DNA of 58,945 bases from Chloroflexota bacterium (GCA_042408925.1 JBHOQO010000078.1:1-58945), one strand, 5' to 3'; shown: positions 18,500 to 30,465, numbered from the stretch's first letter. The notes: generated from the sequence alone by a model not told the origin. Program-made: numbers and translations.

Positions 18500-19452
18500 C
18501 CCGAGCTTTCCTCGCACGCGACCCCGTGGTCGAGGTCGGGCAGGCAGGACGCACCCACGGCCGGCTCATCACGCTCGGTGGGGCGCTCCTGGCGGATTGG
18601 GTCCGTTGGCGCTCCAGATGGGACCTCTGGTTCGGGGCCTTGGCTGCCGTCGGGCTCTCGGCGCTCTTCTTCGCGGGCTCGTACCTCGAGAGCATCGGCC
18701 ACTTCGGTTGGGGCGGGAGCTCATTTCCCCCGCCGGGCATCGATCTTCCGGCGGAGGCCGCCGCCCTCCGGGCACCGTACGCCTTCCCGCAGAGCCTGGT
18801 CACGGTCCTGGCAGGGACATGGCCGATCGCGCTCTTCGCAGCATACGCGGGCATCGCGACCGTTGGCAGCGAGTTCGCGTTCGGGACGATCCGGACGTCG
18901 CTGACCGCCGAGCCGTCCCCGGTCGTGTTCCTGGGTGCGCGCCTGACCACCCTCCTCGTCCTCCTCACCGCCCTCTTCGGATTCGTCCTGGCGCTGGCGG
19001 CCCTCCTCCCTGGCCTATTCGCTCTCCTGGGCGACCGCTTCCCGCCGGTCCCGGCCCCATCGCCGGTCGGGCTCAGCGCCGAGATCGGAGCGCGGCTCCT
19101 CGCCGCCTTCGGCTTCGCCGCGCTCGGGGTCTTCTGGACGGTCGTGACTCGTTCGCTCACGTCCGGCACGATCGTGACCGTCGTCCAGCTCGTCCTGGAA
19201 TCGGTCCTCCTCAGCCGACCGGAACTGAACCCGATCCCGGCGTTCACCCTGACCGGCGCGACTGACGAAGTCGTCCGCCTCGCCCACCGGATAGCCGGAG
19301 CGGTGCCTCCCGTCTCGGAGGTGGAACAGATCGCGCTCGCTCCGCGATCAGTGCTCGAGCCGCACGTCAGCCTCATCGTCGCCGGTGCTTGGCTCGTCGG
19401 CCTCATCGTCGCCTCCATCGCCCTCCTCGAACGCGCCGACGTGACGGAGTAG
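18496..19452 (+). CDS. ABC-2 type permease
   Basis: ATGA overlap with ATPase; about 6 TM helices; GSEFAFGTIRTSL; C-terminal ERADV. Confidence 0.85.
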   Translation: MTRAFLARDPVVEVGQAGRTHGRLITLGGALLADWVRWRSRWDLWFGALAAVGLSALFFAGSYLESIGHFGWGGSSFPPPGIDLPAEAAALRAPYAFPQSLVTVLAGTWPIALFAAYAGIATVGSEFAFGTIRTSLTAEPSPVVFLGARLTTLLVLLTALFGFVLALAALLPGLFALLGDRFPPVPAPSPVGLSAEIGARLLAAFGFAALGVFWTVVTRSLTSGTIVTVVQLVLESVLLSRPELNPIPAFTLTGATDEVVRLAHRIAGAVPPVSEVEQIALAPRSVLEPHVSLIVAGAWLVGLIVASIALLERADVTE

Positions 19453-19548
19453 CGGGACCCCCACCCGCGGCGGCCACCGTTCGCTGTGGTCCGCTCGCTC
19501 GCCCGCGGCCGATCGAGGAGGTCCGGGTCCCGCGGTGCCTGCGTTGCC

Positions 19549-20129
19549 CTACTCGCCCACGTCGATCTCGTAGCCGAGGAGCCACTCCCCGGGAGCGAAC
19601 TCCCAGTCCCGGGCCGGCGCCCGCCGGAAGCCGAGCCGCGCATAGAGGCGCTGGGCAGCCGTCATCGAGGGTCGGGTGAGGAGGACGAGCCGGCGTCGAC
19701 CGGCCGCCTTCGCCCGCTCGAGGCAGGCCTCGACGAGGCGCCGCCCGATCCCTCGGCCCTGGAGCGCCGGGTCGACGGCGAGCATCCGGATCCCGGCCTC
19801 GTCGGGCGCTTCGGACTCGGAATACGGCGTCCCCGGCCCCGGCACGTACGTCACCCCGCCGAGGACGCGGCCCCGGGCGTCGACGGCGACGAGGACCGGC
19901 ACCTCGGCCGCCCGGCGGGCGACGTCGCGGAGCTCGGTGAGGTAGTCGGCGTCGAGGGCCGGCTCGTCGTCGGCGAGCGCTCGGTAGGCAGCGACGGTGA
20001 GCTCGCCGAGGGCCTCGTACTCCTCCGGTCGGACGGGCCGGACGACGACCGGCGGCGCGATCGAGGGCGAGCCCTCGGGGAGCCGCTGGTCAAGCCCGTG
20101 TCCGGACGCGGCCGGGCGATCGCTCCCGG

Positions 20130-20133
<4 letters not shown>
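19549..20133 (-). CDS. GNAT N-acetyltransferase
   Basis: [30 protein letters not shown]; ATGA overlap with upstream gene. Confidence 0.9.
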
Positions 20134-22322
<2,189 letters not shown>

Positions 22323-22534
22323 CGGTCGTGGCGCTCACTCTAGCGCAGCCGAGGTGACCGGACCTTCGACCGGAGCGCGGGACCCCGCCGTCGGCGGCCG
22401 TTGCGGCACGCCCCAACGGAGTGGGCAGGCGTCGACGCGCCATATGACAGGCCTCGTCAGGAATTCAGGCGATCATCCTCCTCGACTGATCTCCAGTCAA
22501 TCTCCACCCCGACCGAAGCATCGGAGGACCGCCC

Positions 22535-22966
22535 ATGGCGACCCGCATCCAGATCGTCTTCGACTGCGCCGACCCGGCTCGCCAGGCCGAGTTCTGGCGC
22601 CAGGCCCTGGGCTACCGCTACCCCGACCCACCCGAGGGCTTCGCATCGTGGGAGGCGTGGGCGCGCCAGACCCTGCCGGAGGACCAATGGAACGCCGCGA
22701 GCGCTCTCGTCGATCCGGACGGGATCGGGCCGCGGCTCTACTTCCAGCGGGTTCCGGAGCCGAGGGTGGCGAAGAACCGGGTCCACCTCGATTTGAACGT
22801 CTCGACACGGGGTGCGAGCCTCGAGGAGCGGAAGGCGCAGGTGGACGCGGAGGTCGCCCGGTTGAAGGCCATTGGCGCGAGCGACCACCGGGGCGCCATG
22901 GAGGAACGCGGCGAGTACTGGGTCAGGATGAACGACCCGGAGGGTAACGAGTTCTGCGTCCAGTGA
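22535..22966 (+). CDS. VOC/glyoxalase family protein
   Basis: FDCADP, FQRVPEP, KNRVHLDL, DPEGNEFCV; GGAGGA SD. Confidence 0.92.
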   Translation: MATRIQIVFDCADPARQAEFWRQALGYRYPDPPEGFASWEAWARQTLPEDQWNAASALVDPDGIGPRLYFQRVPEPRVAKNRVHLDLNVSTRGASLEERKAQVDAEVARLKAIGASDHRGAMEERGEYWVRMNDPEGNEFCVQ

Positions 22967-23090
22967 CGTGCCCGCGCTGACGGCTGCCCGAGGTGGACGG
23001 CGCGTCGAAGCTGTCGGGGCCCCGGCGGCGCCCGTCCCCAGGGCCCGAGCAGGCGGCCGCGGGTTGCCGCTCCCGGCCTACCATGTCGAC

Positions 23091-23846
23091 ATGGACGGCG
23101 TCCGCGTCGGCGACTTTCGGCCCTCGGTCCACGGCCTCCACTTCCCGAACGCCTGGCCGCCCGGGCCGACCCTCCGGCTCGGACCCCTCGACCCCCGGTG
23201 GTTCGGGATCGGGGATGCGAGTCAGGGCCTCTGCGGCGGGATGTGCTTCGTCGTCGGCGACCTCTGGGCGGCGGGCGTCCTCCCGCCGGCGGATCGGGAA
23301 CCGCCGGCCTTCGATACGCCCCGCTTCCGGCGGCTCGTCCACCGTCAGGTCGAGTCCCTCGACTGGCTCCGGCTGCCGGCGAGCCTGTGGTTGCGGTCCG
23401 TCCTGCCCGACGACCCGCGCCCCGAGTCCGGTCCCGCCGGCGGTCCCGCGCCGCGGTCCGAACCGACCCCCCGGATCACGACGGTCCGGCGGCGACTGGG
23501 CGCCCGCACCCTCGGGCGGCTGACCGTCGAGCGCCACTGCCCGGCGATCCGGGCGCGGCTCGAGGCCGGTCGTCTGGCGATGCTCGGCCTCGTCCGCGTC
23601 CGCTCGGCGAGCCCGTGGGCCCTCGTCAGCAACCACCAGGTCGTCGCCTACGGCTACCGCCTCGCCGGCCGCGAGATCCGGATCGCCGTCTACGATCCGA
23701 ACCATCCGGACCGCGACGACGTCGAGCTCGTCCTCCGGCTCGACCGGGACGGCAGCGTCCGCTGCGGTCAGACGACGGGCGAGCCGCTTCGGGGGTTCGT
23801 GCTCGTCCGCTACCGCCCCGAGCCGCCGGGACCCTGGCGGGGCTGA
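23091..23846 (+). CDS. Hypothetical protein, probable papain-like (Cys-His-Asp) fold
   Basis: GLCGGM, NHQVVAYGY, VYDPNHP; TACCAT 6 nt before ATG. Confidence 0.65.
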   Translation: MDGVRVGDFRPSVHGLHFPNAWPPGPTLRLGPLDPRWFGIGDASQGLCGGMCFVVGDLWAAGVLPPADREPPAFDTPRFRRLVHRQVESLDWLRLPASLWLRSVLPDDPRPESGPAGGPAPRSEPTPRITTVRRRLGARTLGRLTVERHCPAIRARLEAGRLAMLGLVRVRSASPWALVSNHQVVAYGYRLAGREIRIAVYDPNHPDRDDVELVLRLDRDGSVRCGQTTGEPLRGFVLVRYRPEPPGPWRG

Positions 23847-23880
23847 CGAGAGGTAGCCCGTCGCGTCGCCGCCGCAGTCG

Positions 23881-26808
23881 CTACGGGAGCTCGGGCAACT
23901 CCTGCGCGTCGGTCTGGACCGGAGCAAATGGATCCCCGACCACCGCGATCCGGTCGAGGATTGTCCGGATCGTCCAGCGGTCGGAACGGAGGTCCGGGTC
24001 GGCCAGCTCCTCCCAGGTGATTGGCGCCGAAACCGGGGCACCGGGGGCCGGCCGGACGGCGTAGGCGGCGACGAGGGTCCGGATCGGGCTGTTCTGGGTG
24101 AAGTCGAGGCGGGCCCGACCGCCCCGCTCGGCCACGGCCCACTCCCACGAGACGAGGTCGGGGACGACGGCGGCGACGGTCCGGGAGAGGCGCTCGACCC
24201 AGCGGCTCGTCTCGGCGTACGTGTAGCGACGGACGATCGGGATCCAGATCTGGATCCCCCGCCGCCCCGTCAGCTTCGGGTAGCCGCGAACCCGAAGGTG
24301 GCCGAGGGCGTCGCGGAAGAGCGTCGCGAGAAGGACGGTCTCCTGCCAGGTCGTCTCGGTCCCGGGATCGATGTCGACGAGGGCGAAGGTCGGATGGACG
24401 GGGTCGTCGCAGCGGACCGTCCAGGGATGGAGCTCGAAGGCCGCCCGGTTCGCGAGCCAGGCGAGGGTCGCCACCTCCTCGGCAACGAGGTGGACGTTCG
24501 GCTCCCGCTTCGACCCGGCCGGCAGCGGCTCCTGCCAGCGCCGGAGCCAGGCCGGGTCGCTGGGGCGGAGGTCCTTCTGCCAGAACCCGGGAGCCTCGAC
24601 CCCGTCGGGGAAGCGATGGAGGTTCAGGGGTCGCTCGGCGAGGTGGGGGAGCATGGTCGGGGCGACCCGGACGAAGTACTCGACGAGGTCTCGCTTCGTG
24701 ATCGGCGGCTCGCCCGACCCGGGACGGGGCGGGAAGAGGACCTTGTCGAGGTTCGTGAGCTTCACCTCCCGCCCGGCGACGCGCCAGACGCCCTGGCTGC
24801 CGATCCGTCGGAGGGCGGCCAGCTCGGCCTCGGTGACCGACCACGGCCGGCCGTTCGGGCCGAGGAGGCGGCCGGCGGGGTCGCGCTCGAGGGGCGGCCC
24901 GCCCGATCCGGGCAGCGGTGACGACGCGGCCGATCCGGGCCGCGGTGACGGCCCGCCTGACCTGGGTAGCGGTGACGGCGCGGCCGCTTCGGGAGCCACC
25001 GGCGGTCTCGGAGCTCCGGCCGCGGGCGACGGCCCGGCAGGTCCGCGCTCGAAGGCCGGCCTGGCCCTCCCGGCCGCTCCCGGTGCTTGGGGCGCGCTTG
25101 GTCCCTCGGCCGCTGCGGCCGCCCGCGATCCCCTCCGTCCCGTCGCCCTCGAGCCCCCGGCCGGTACCTCCCGGACGACCTCGCGGGGATCGCGGTCGAG
25201 CTCGAGGCCCTTGAAGCTCGTCTGGCGGACGAGGCCGTCGCGGGTCCAGCCGCCGATCTCGGCCCGGATCACGAGCTCGGGGCGGACCCAGCGAACCGCG
25301 GCGAGCTCGCCCCGGCGCTCCGGCGGCGGGTCGAACGGGGGGTCGTCGGTCGCGAGGGCATCGAGCCGCTCCCGGAGGCGCCGCCGGGCCGCGGCGTCGA
25401 AGCCGGAGCCGACCCGGCCGGCGTACCGGAGACGGCCCTCGTCGTAGACGCCGACGAGGAGGGCCCCGAGGTCGCGGGCGCTCCCCTGCCCCGGCAGCCA
25501 GCCGCCGACGACGAGTTCCTGGGTCGCCCGGATCTTGAGCTTCAGCCAGTGCTGGCTTCGCCGTCCCGGCTCGTACGGGCTCCGGCGGCGCTTGGCCACG
25601 ATCCCTTCGAGGCCCCGGCTCCGGGCGGCCTCGAAGAAGGCTCGCCCGTCGGTTTCGACGTGGCCGGCGTAGCGGATGCGGGGCCCGTCGAGGAGGGCGG
25701 CCCGGAGGAGGCGCTTGCGGTCCTCGAGGGGGACGGCGAGGAGCGAGCGGCCGTCGAGTCGGAGGAGGTCGAAGGCCTCGTAGACGAGGGGCACCCGGGC
25801 GGCCTCGGCCTCCCCGGCGATCCGCGCCTGAAGGAGCCCGAAATCCGGCCGCCCGCCCGGATCAAGGGCCACGACCTCCCCGTCGAGGATCGCCTCCTCG
25901 GCCCGCAGCCATTCGGCGGGCGGGGGCAGGAGGTGCGGGAAGTAGGCGGCGGCGTCGTGCCCGTTCCGGGTGAAGAGGCGGACGGCCCCATTGGCGACGA
26001 CCGCTTCGACCCGGAAGCCGTCCCACTTCACTTCGAAGAGCCAGTCGGGGTCGTCGAAGGGGCGCTCGGCGAGGGTCGCGAGCATCGGCGGGATGAACGC
26101 GGGCGGCCCGTGGGCGGGCGTCGCGGCGGAGAGGTCGATCTCGGCGAGGGACGGCGGGGCGGCCCCGATCCAGAGGGCGTCGCGAGCGGCTCGGACCTCG
26201 TCGTTCGTCCGGCCGGTCTTCACCGAGCGGGGATGGGCATCGGGGTCCCAGCCGGGGACGGCATGCTCGTCGCGCTTCTTGATGAGGAGCCAGGGTTCGC
26301 CGTCACCGCCCCCTCCGGCGTCCTTTCGGCGGCGACGGTCCGTTCGGACGAGGACGAAGCGGCCGCCGAGCTTTTCGCCGCGGAGGCGAAACTTTAGCTC
26401 GCCGTCGGCGAGGGCTCGTTCCGGGTCGGGGGTCTCGGGCTCGGGCTCCCACGTCCCCCAGTCCCAGACGATGACGTCGCCGCCGCCGTACTCGCCCTTT
26501 GGGATCACGCCCTCGAAATCGAGGTACTCGATCGGGTGGTCCTCGACGCGCACGGCCATCCGGCGGGCGGCGGGGTCGAGGGTCGGCCCCTTCGGGACCG
26601 CCCACGAGACGAGGACGCCGCCGATCTCGAGGCGGAGGTCGTAGTGGAGGCGGGTCGCCCGGTGGCGCTGGACGACGAAGCGGCCGCCGGCGGCGGGAGG
26701 GTGGGCGCCCGGGCGGGACGGCGGCGGCTCGGCGGCCGGCGTCCGCCCACCCGAGGGCTCGGGCGTCTTCGCGAAGTCCCGCTTCCGGCGGTACTCGTCG
26801 AGCGGCAT
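23881..26808 (-). CDS. ligD: DNA ligase D (phosphoesterase-ligase-polymerase order)
   Basis: YRRKRDFAKTPEP, HYDLRLE, SWAVPKGP; EVKWDGFR, LDGEVV, EGIVAKR, WLKLK; LTNLDKVLF, RFPDG, DIDP, VSAPITWEEL. Confidence 0.95.
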   Translation of the reverse strand: MPLDEYRRKRDFAKTPEPSGGRTPAAEPPPSRPGAHPPAAGGRFVVQRHRATRLHYDLRLEIGGVLVSWAVPKGPTLDPAARRMAVRVEDHPIEYLDFEGVIPKGEYGGGDVIVWDWGTWEPEPETPDPERALADGELKFRLRGEKLGGRFVLVRTDRRRRKDAGGGGDGEPWLLIKKRDEHAVPGWDPDAHPRSVKTGRTNDEVRAARDALWIGAAPPSLAEIDLSAATPAHGPPAFIPPMLATLAERPFDDPDWLFEVKWDGFRVEAVVANGAVRLFTRNGHDAAAYFPHLLPPPAEWLRAEEAILDGEVVALDPGGRPDFGLLQARIAGEAEAARVPLVYEAFDLLRLDGRSLLAVPLEDRKRLLRAALLDGPRIRYAGHVETDGRAFFEAARSRGLEGIVAKRRRSPYEPGRRSQHWLKLKIRATQELVVGGWLPGQGSARDLGALLVGVYDEGRLRYAGRVGSGFDAAARRRLRERLDALATDDPPFDPPPERRGELAAVRWVRPELVIRAEIGGWTRDGLVRQTSFKGLELDRDPREVVREVPAGGSRATGRRGSRAAAAAEGPSAPQAPGAAGRARPAFERGPAGPSPAAGAPRPPVAPEAAAPSPLPRSGGPSPRPGSAASSPLPGSGGPPLERDPAGRLLGPNGRPWSVTEAELAALRRIGSQGVWRVAGREVKLTNLDKVLFPPRPGSGEPPITKRDLVEYFVRVAPTMLPHLAERPLNLHRFPDGVEAPGFWQKDLRPSDPAWLRRWQEPLPAGSKREPNVHLVAEEVATLAWLANRAAFELHPWTVRCDDPVHPTFALVDIDPGTETTWQETVLLATLFRDALGHLRVRGYPKLTGRRGIQIWIPIVRRYTYAETSRWVERLSRTVAAVVPDLVSWEWAVAERGGRARLDFTQNSPIRTLVAAYAVRPAPGAPVSAPITWEELADPDLRSDRWTIRTILDRIAVVGDPFAPVQTDAQELPELP

Positions 26809-27137
26809 GCGGGGAGTGTGCCATCGGCCGACAGGAGGAGCGGGCAGGGCTGCGCGGGGCCGGGCGGCTGGGCCGGGCGGCGGGCTACCCCGACCCGAGC
26901 TCCTGCGGTCTCGGCACCGGCGGCTGCCAGGTCGGCCATCGCGGCACGAGCCGCTCCGGGCCGGTTGCTGCCCCGCTACAAGACGTTCCGGGCCGTGCTC
27001 CGAGCGGTCCGAGCCGAGCTGTCGCGTGTCGGCCTTACCCCCGGCAACGGCCGGCCCGTTGTCGGCGGCGCCCCCGACTCGATCCGGCGGTCGGGTCCTC
27101 GCGCCCCCCACCCCGACCGGGCAGTTCGACGACCGGC

Positions 27138-27485
27138 GTCCGCTGACATTGGACATCTTCCCACCAGGCGCGCGCAATCGGCTTCGTCGCCGCGCTCGGG
27201 CGCAGCTCGGGCACCTTGGAGGGCGTGACTGAGCGTGGCCGAGCCCGTAGTCGTTGCATCGGGGTGCTCGTCGCCGCCTGCCGACGGACATACGCTCGCA
27301 CCATAGGCGTATGTCCGTCCGGTCGCCGTCGCGCAGGTCGGTCGCCGTAGCTTCCGCGGCCTCGATGCCCTCGATCACGCTCGGCACGGCACGTGCTGCG
27401 CCGGCCCATGGCCCGCCGCCGCCTTCCCGCGGTCCCACCACCGGCGTAACGCGCGCCTCACGGGAAGATGTCCGAGTTCCGGACG
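27138..27485. other. Nested inverted-repeat element (MITE-like or structured RNA) between ku and ligD
   Basis: GGACATCTTCCCACCAGGCGCGCG (27151) pairs with CGCGCGCCTCACGGGAAGATGTCC (27450-27473), 21/24; central perfect 13-bp stem 27283-27319. Confidence 0.6.
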
Positions 27486-27518
27486 GCGGCGGCGCTCGCG
27501 CCGCCAGGCCGCCGGCGA

Positions 27519-27680
27519 GGGACAGTTCTCGCGGACGAGCAGGCTCGGGTCGCGGTCCGGGAGGGGCCGGGTTGGGTCGGCGTCCGGGAGGAGTAGGCTC
27601 GGGACAGTTGTCGCGGACGAGTAGGGCTCGGGTCGGCGTCCGGGAGGAGCGATCCCGGGTCAGTCTCCCGCGGCGGGTTC
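27519..27680. repeat. Degenerate 27-29 bp tandem repeat, 5-6 units
   Basis: GGGACAGTTCTCGCGGACGAGCAGGCTC, GGGTCGGCGTCCGGGAGGAGTAGGCTC, GGGACAGTTGTCGCGGACGAGTAGGGCTC and similar. Confidence 0.7.
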
Positions 27681-27874
27681 GTTCGCGAGTGCAGCGCCCG
27701 AGAGGAGTTCGGGGGCCCGGTCGATGTCGCGGACTCAGTGTCGGGGACTCCGTCGGGCGGCCGGCAACGCGGAGCCGACCACGTCGGGAGACGCACCCGG
27801 GGTCAAGCCGATGGACGCGAAGTCCGTCGACGGATCGGCCGGTCGAGGTAACCGGGATCGGCGCCCGGGCCCAA

Positions 27875-28948
27875 TCAGGCGCTCTTCCGGCGTCGAGCGG
27901 GCCGAACCTCCCCCGCAGGTTCCTCGGCGTCCGCGGCTCCGGCCGCAGCCGGCGAGCCCGTCCTCTTCCCGACCGTCGCCCGTCGAGCGTCGTCGGCTTG
28001 GCTCGCTCCCTCGCTCACGTGGCGGACCGCTCCCGCCTCCGGTCCCGCCGCAGCCTCCCGGGCCGCACCGCGCCCAGAATCCGCACGACGCCCGGCAGCA
28101 GCACCACGCCTTCGTGCCCCGCTCCCGGCCCCGGCGAGCGACACGGGCGCCGCTTCATCCCGCTGTCGTCGCGCCGCCGCGACGCTCGCCTCCAGGACCT
28201 TCATGAGATCGATGACCGCCGCCGCCGGCTCCTCGCTCGGTGCTGCCTCGAGCTCCAGGCCCTCGGCCTTGGCCCGGATGATCTCCATGACCGCCTCCCG
28301 GTACTCGTCCCGGTACGCGGCCGGGTCGAAGGGGGCCGTCATCGCCTCGACGAGCTGTCGGGCCATCGCCCGCTCGGCCGGCTTGATCTCGATCTCGCCA
28401 TCGGGGAGGTCGAGCTCGGCGACGGAACGGATCTCGTCCGGCCAGTGGAGGGTCGACAGGAGGAGCGCCCGGTCGAAGGGGTCGATGGCGGCGAGGACCT
28501 CGCGATCCTTGATGACCACCTTGCAGATCGCCGTCAACCCCGCCTCGGCGAGCACCTCCCGGAGGAGGGCGAAGGCCTTGCGGCCGATCGGCTCCGGCTC
28601 GACGTAGTAGGCCTGCTTCACGAAGCGGACGGCCGACTCGGCTGCCGCGCGCTCCACGAACTGCTCGATCTCGATCGCCCGGACGGTCTTGAGCGGAACC
28701 TTCGCCAGATCCTCGTCGCTGACGACGACGTAGCGATCGGGAGCGATCTCGTAGCCGCGGACCGTCTCGCTCCGCGGGATGATCTTCTCCTCGACGGGGC
28801 ACCAGATCTTCATCTGGATCCGGGCGCCGTCGGGGGCGTGGAGGAGGTGGAAGGCGATCTGGGTCTTCGCCTCGGTCGCCAGGTAGAGGCGGACCGGGAT
28901 CGTGACGAGCCCGAACTGGATCGCCCCCTTCCACATGGCACGGGCCAT
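27875..28948 (-). CDS. ku: NHEJ Ku protein with basic C-terminal tail
   Basis: MWKGAIQFGLVTIPVRLY, VRGYEI, YRDEYRE, VIDLMKVLEASV; GGAGG SD. Confidence 0.95.
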   Translation of the reverse strand: MARAMWKGAIQFGLVTIPVRLYLATEAKTQIAFHLLHAPDGARIQMKIWCPVEEKIIPRSETVRGYEIAPDRYVVVSDEDLAKVPLKTVRAIEIEQFVERAAAESAVRFVKQAYYVEPEPIGRKAFALLREVLAEAGLTAICKVVIKDREVLAAIDPFDRALLLSTLHWPDEIRSVAELDLPDGEIEIKPAERAMARQLVEAMTAPFDPAAYRDEYREAVMEIIRAKAEGLELEAAPSEEPAAAVIDLMKVLEASVAAARRQRDEAAPVSLAGAGSGARRRGAAAGRRADSGRGAAREAAAGPEAGAVRHVSEGASQADDARRATVGKRTGSPAAAGAADAEEPAGEVRPARRRKSA

Positions 28949-29023
28949 GAGCGTCGCCTCCGTTCTCGGCCCCGGTCCCGGCCGGGGCACCAGAACGGGG
29001 ACGATACCACGAGCCCGGCGAAG

Positions 29024-29065
29024 CGGCGACGCCCCGCGGACCGGCGACGCCCCGCGGACCGGCGA
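29024..29065. repeat. 18-bp tandem duplication
   Basis: CGGCGACGCCCCGCGGAC x2 plus a partial third copy. Confidence 0.8.
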
Positions 29066-29080
29066 TCCGACCCGCGCTCG

Positions 29081-30364
29081 CTACCCGTCCCCGCGGAGCC
29101 GTCGCTCGGCCTCGGCGACCTGCTCGAGGATCCCGGCTCGGAGGCCGTCGAGCCCGCTCCAGACCGCCTTCGTGGCGTTCCCGATCGAGGTGAGCTGCGC
29201 CTTCAGGCTCTTGATCGCCTCGAGCTGGCGCCGAATCCCCTCGAGCGCCTCGGCGACGGCAGCCGCATCGACCTCGACCGCCGGCTCGTCGGCCGAGGCG
29301 AGGGCGAGGAGCCGAGCGAGCCGGATCGCCGCCTCGAGGGTCGCCCGGTCGGGAGCCTCCGGGTCGACGACGCAGTAGACGTCGCCGGCGCGGACGTCGA
29401 ACGGGGCCACGCCCGAGGGGGCGTGCTCCGGCGTGAAGACGACGACGCCCACGACGGCTCCCCGGTTCGCTTTTGCCTCGCGGAGCTCGTCGCGGATCCG
29501 GGGACCGGAGACGGCCCGGTCCTTCGCCTCGACGACGATCCGCAGCTCCCGACCCCGGGTCAGGTCCGGATCGAGGGTCAGGACGAAGTCGCCCTTCTTC
29601 GAGCGGAGCAGGTCACCGGCCTCCGTCGACGTCCGCTCGAGGAGATCGCCGGACCCGCGCGCCAGCTCGCCGAGGAGCGACTCCAGGAGATCCTCGAAGT
29701 CGGTCCCCTTCGCCGCCGACTTCGCCCGCTCGGCGGCCCGGGCGGCGGCCGCGGCCTCGATCGCGGCAAGCCGCTCGTGGAGGCGGCCGAACTCGGCCGT
29801 GATCTCGGTCCGGAACTGGTGCAACGGCGAACCGAGGCGGGTCGGGTCGAGGAGTCGGGCGAGTTTCGAGGCGTCGCCGTCGAAGTACGCCCCGAGGAGC
29901 GTCGAGAGGCGCCCGAGGGCCGAATCACGCTTCGTTTCGTCGAAGAGCTCGGTCACGAACTGGCGGAGCGCACCCCGATCGCCGAGGAAGGCCTCGAGCG
30001 TCCGCGGCAGGCGCCCCTCCCCGTCGGCAAAGTTCTGACGGAGGATCGCTTCCAGGGCCGCCGTCGCCCGCTCGTTCGCCGCTTCGGTTCGGCGGACGAG
30101 CTCCTCGAACTCGCGCCGGACGACGTCGACGTCGATCGTCGTCGTCGCGTCGGCGATGGCCCGGAGGCCGACCTTGAGGGCCCGCTCGATGAGGGCCGGC
30201 CGATCGGCCTCCGCTCGGGCGGCGACGATCGCCGCGACGGCCGGATCGACGACCTCGAGCCGCTCGACGACGAGCCGGTCGCCCTCGACGACGACCCGCG
30301 GTGCCCGCGGCGGCTCGGACGATCGGGCGAGGGCGCCGTCGAGGGGAAGGATCCGTGCTTCCAT
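29081..30364 (-). CDS. Coiled-coil protein with PD-(D/E)XK nuclease-like domain (RmuC/DUF2130-like)
   Basis: KGTDFE...KGDFVL...IVVEAKD catalytic-type pattern flanked by helical coiled coils. Confidence 0.68.
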   Translation of the reverse strand: MEARILPLDGALARSSEPPRAPRVVVEGDRLVVERLEVVDPAVAAIVAARAEADRPALIERALKVGLRAIADATTTIDVDVVRREFEELVRRTEAANERATAALEAILRQNFADGEGRLPRTLEAFLGDRGALRQFVTELFDETKRDSALGRLSTLLGAYFDGDASKLARLLDPTRLGSPLHQFRTEITAEFGRLHERLAAIEAAAAARAAERAKSAAKGTDFEDLLESLLGELARGSGDLLERTSTEAGDLLRSKKGDFVLTLDPDLTRGRELRIVVEAKDRAVSGPRIRDELREAKANRGAVVGVVVFTPEHAPSGVAPFDVRAGDVYCVVDPEAPDRATLEAAIRLARLLALASADEPAVEVDAAAVAEALEGIRRQLEAIKSLKAQLTSIGNATKAVWSGLDGLRAGILEQVAEAERRLRGDG

Positions 30365-30465
30365 GCCGGCGAGTCTGCCGCACCCCCGTGCCACCTAGCC
30401 TGACACGGCGCCGGAGCGGCCGCGAAACCGCCGCCGGACGGACACCGCCGCGCGCGGACCGAACC

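Noticed and set aside
26809-27441. 211-aa N-terminal extension of LigD in the ORF track
   Set aside because: Homology begins at MPLDEYRRKRDF (26808), which has its own -10-like box; the extension crosses the palindrome
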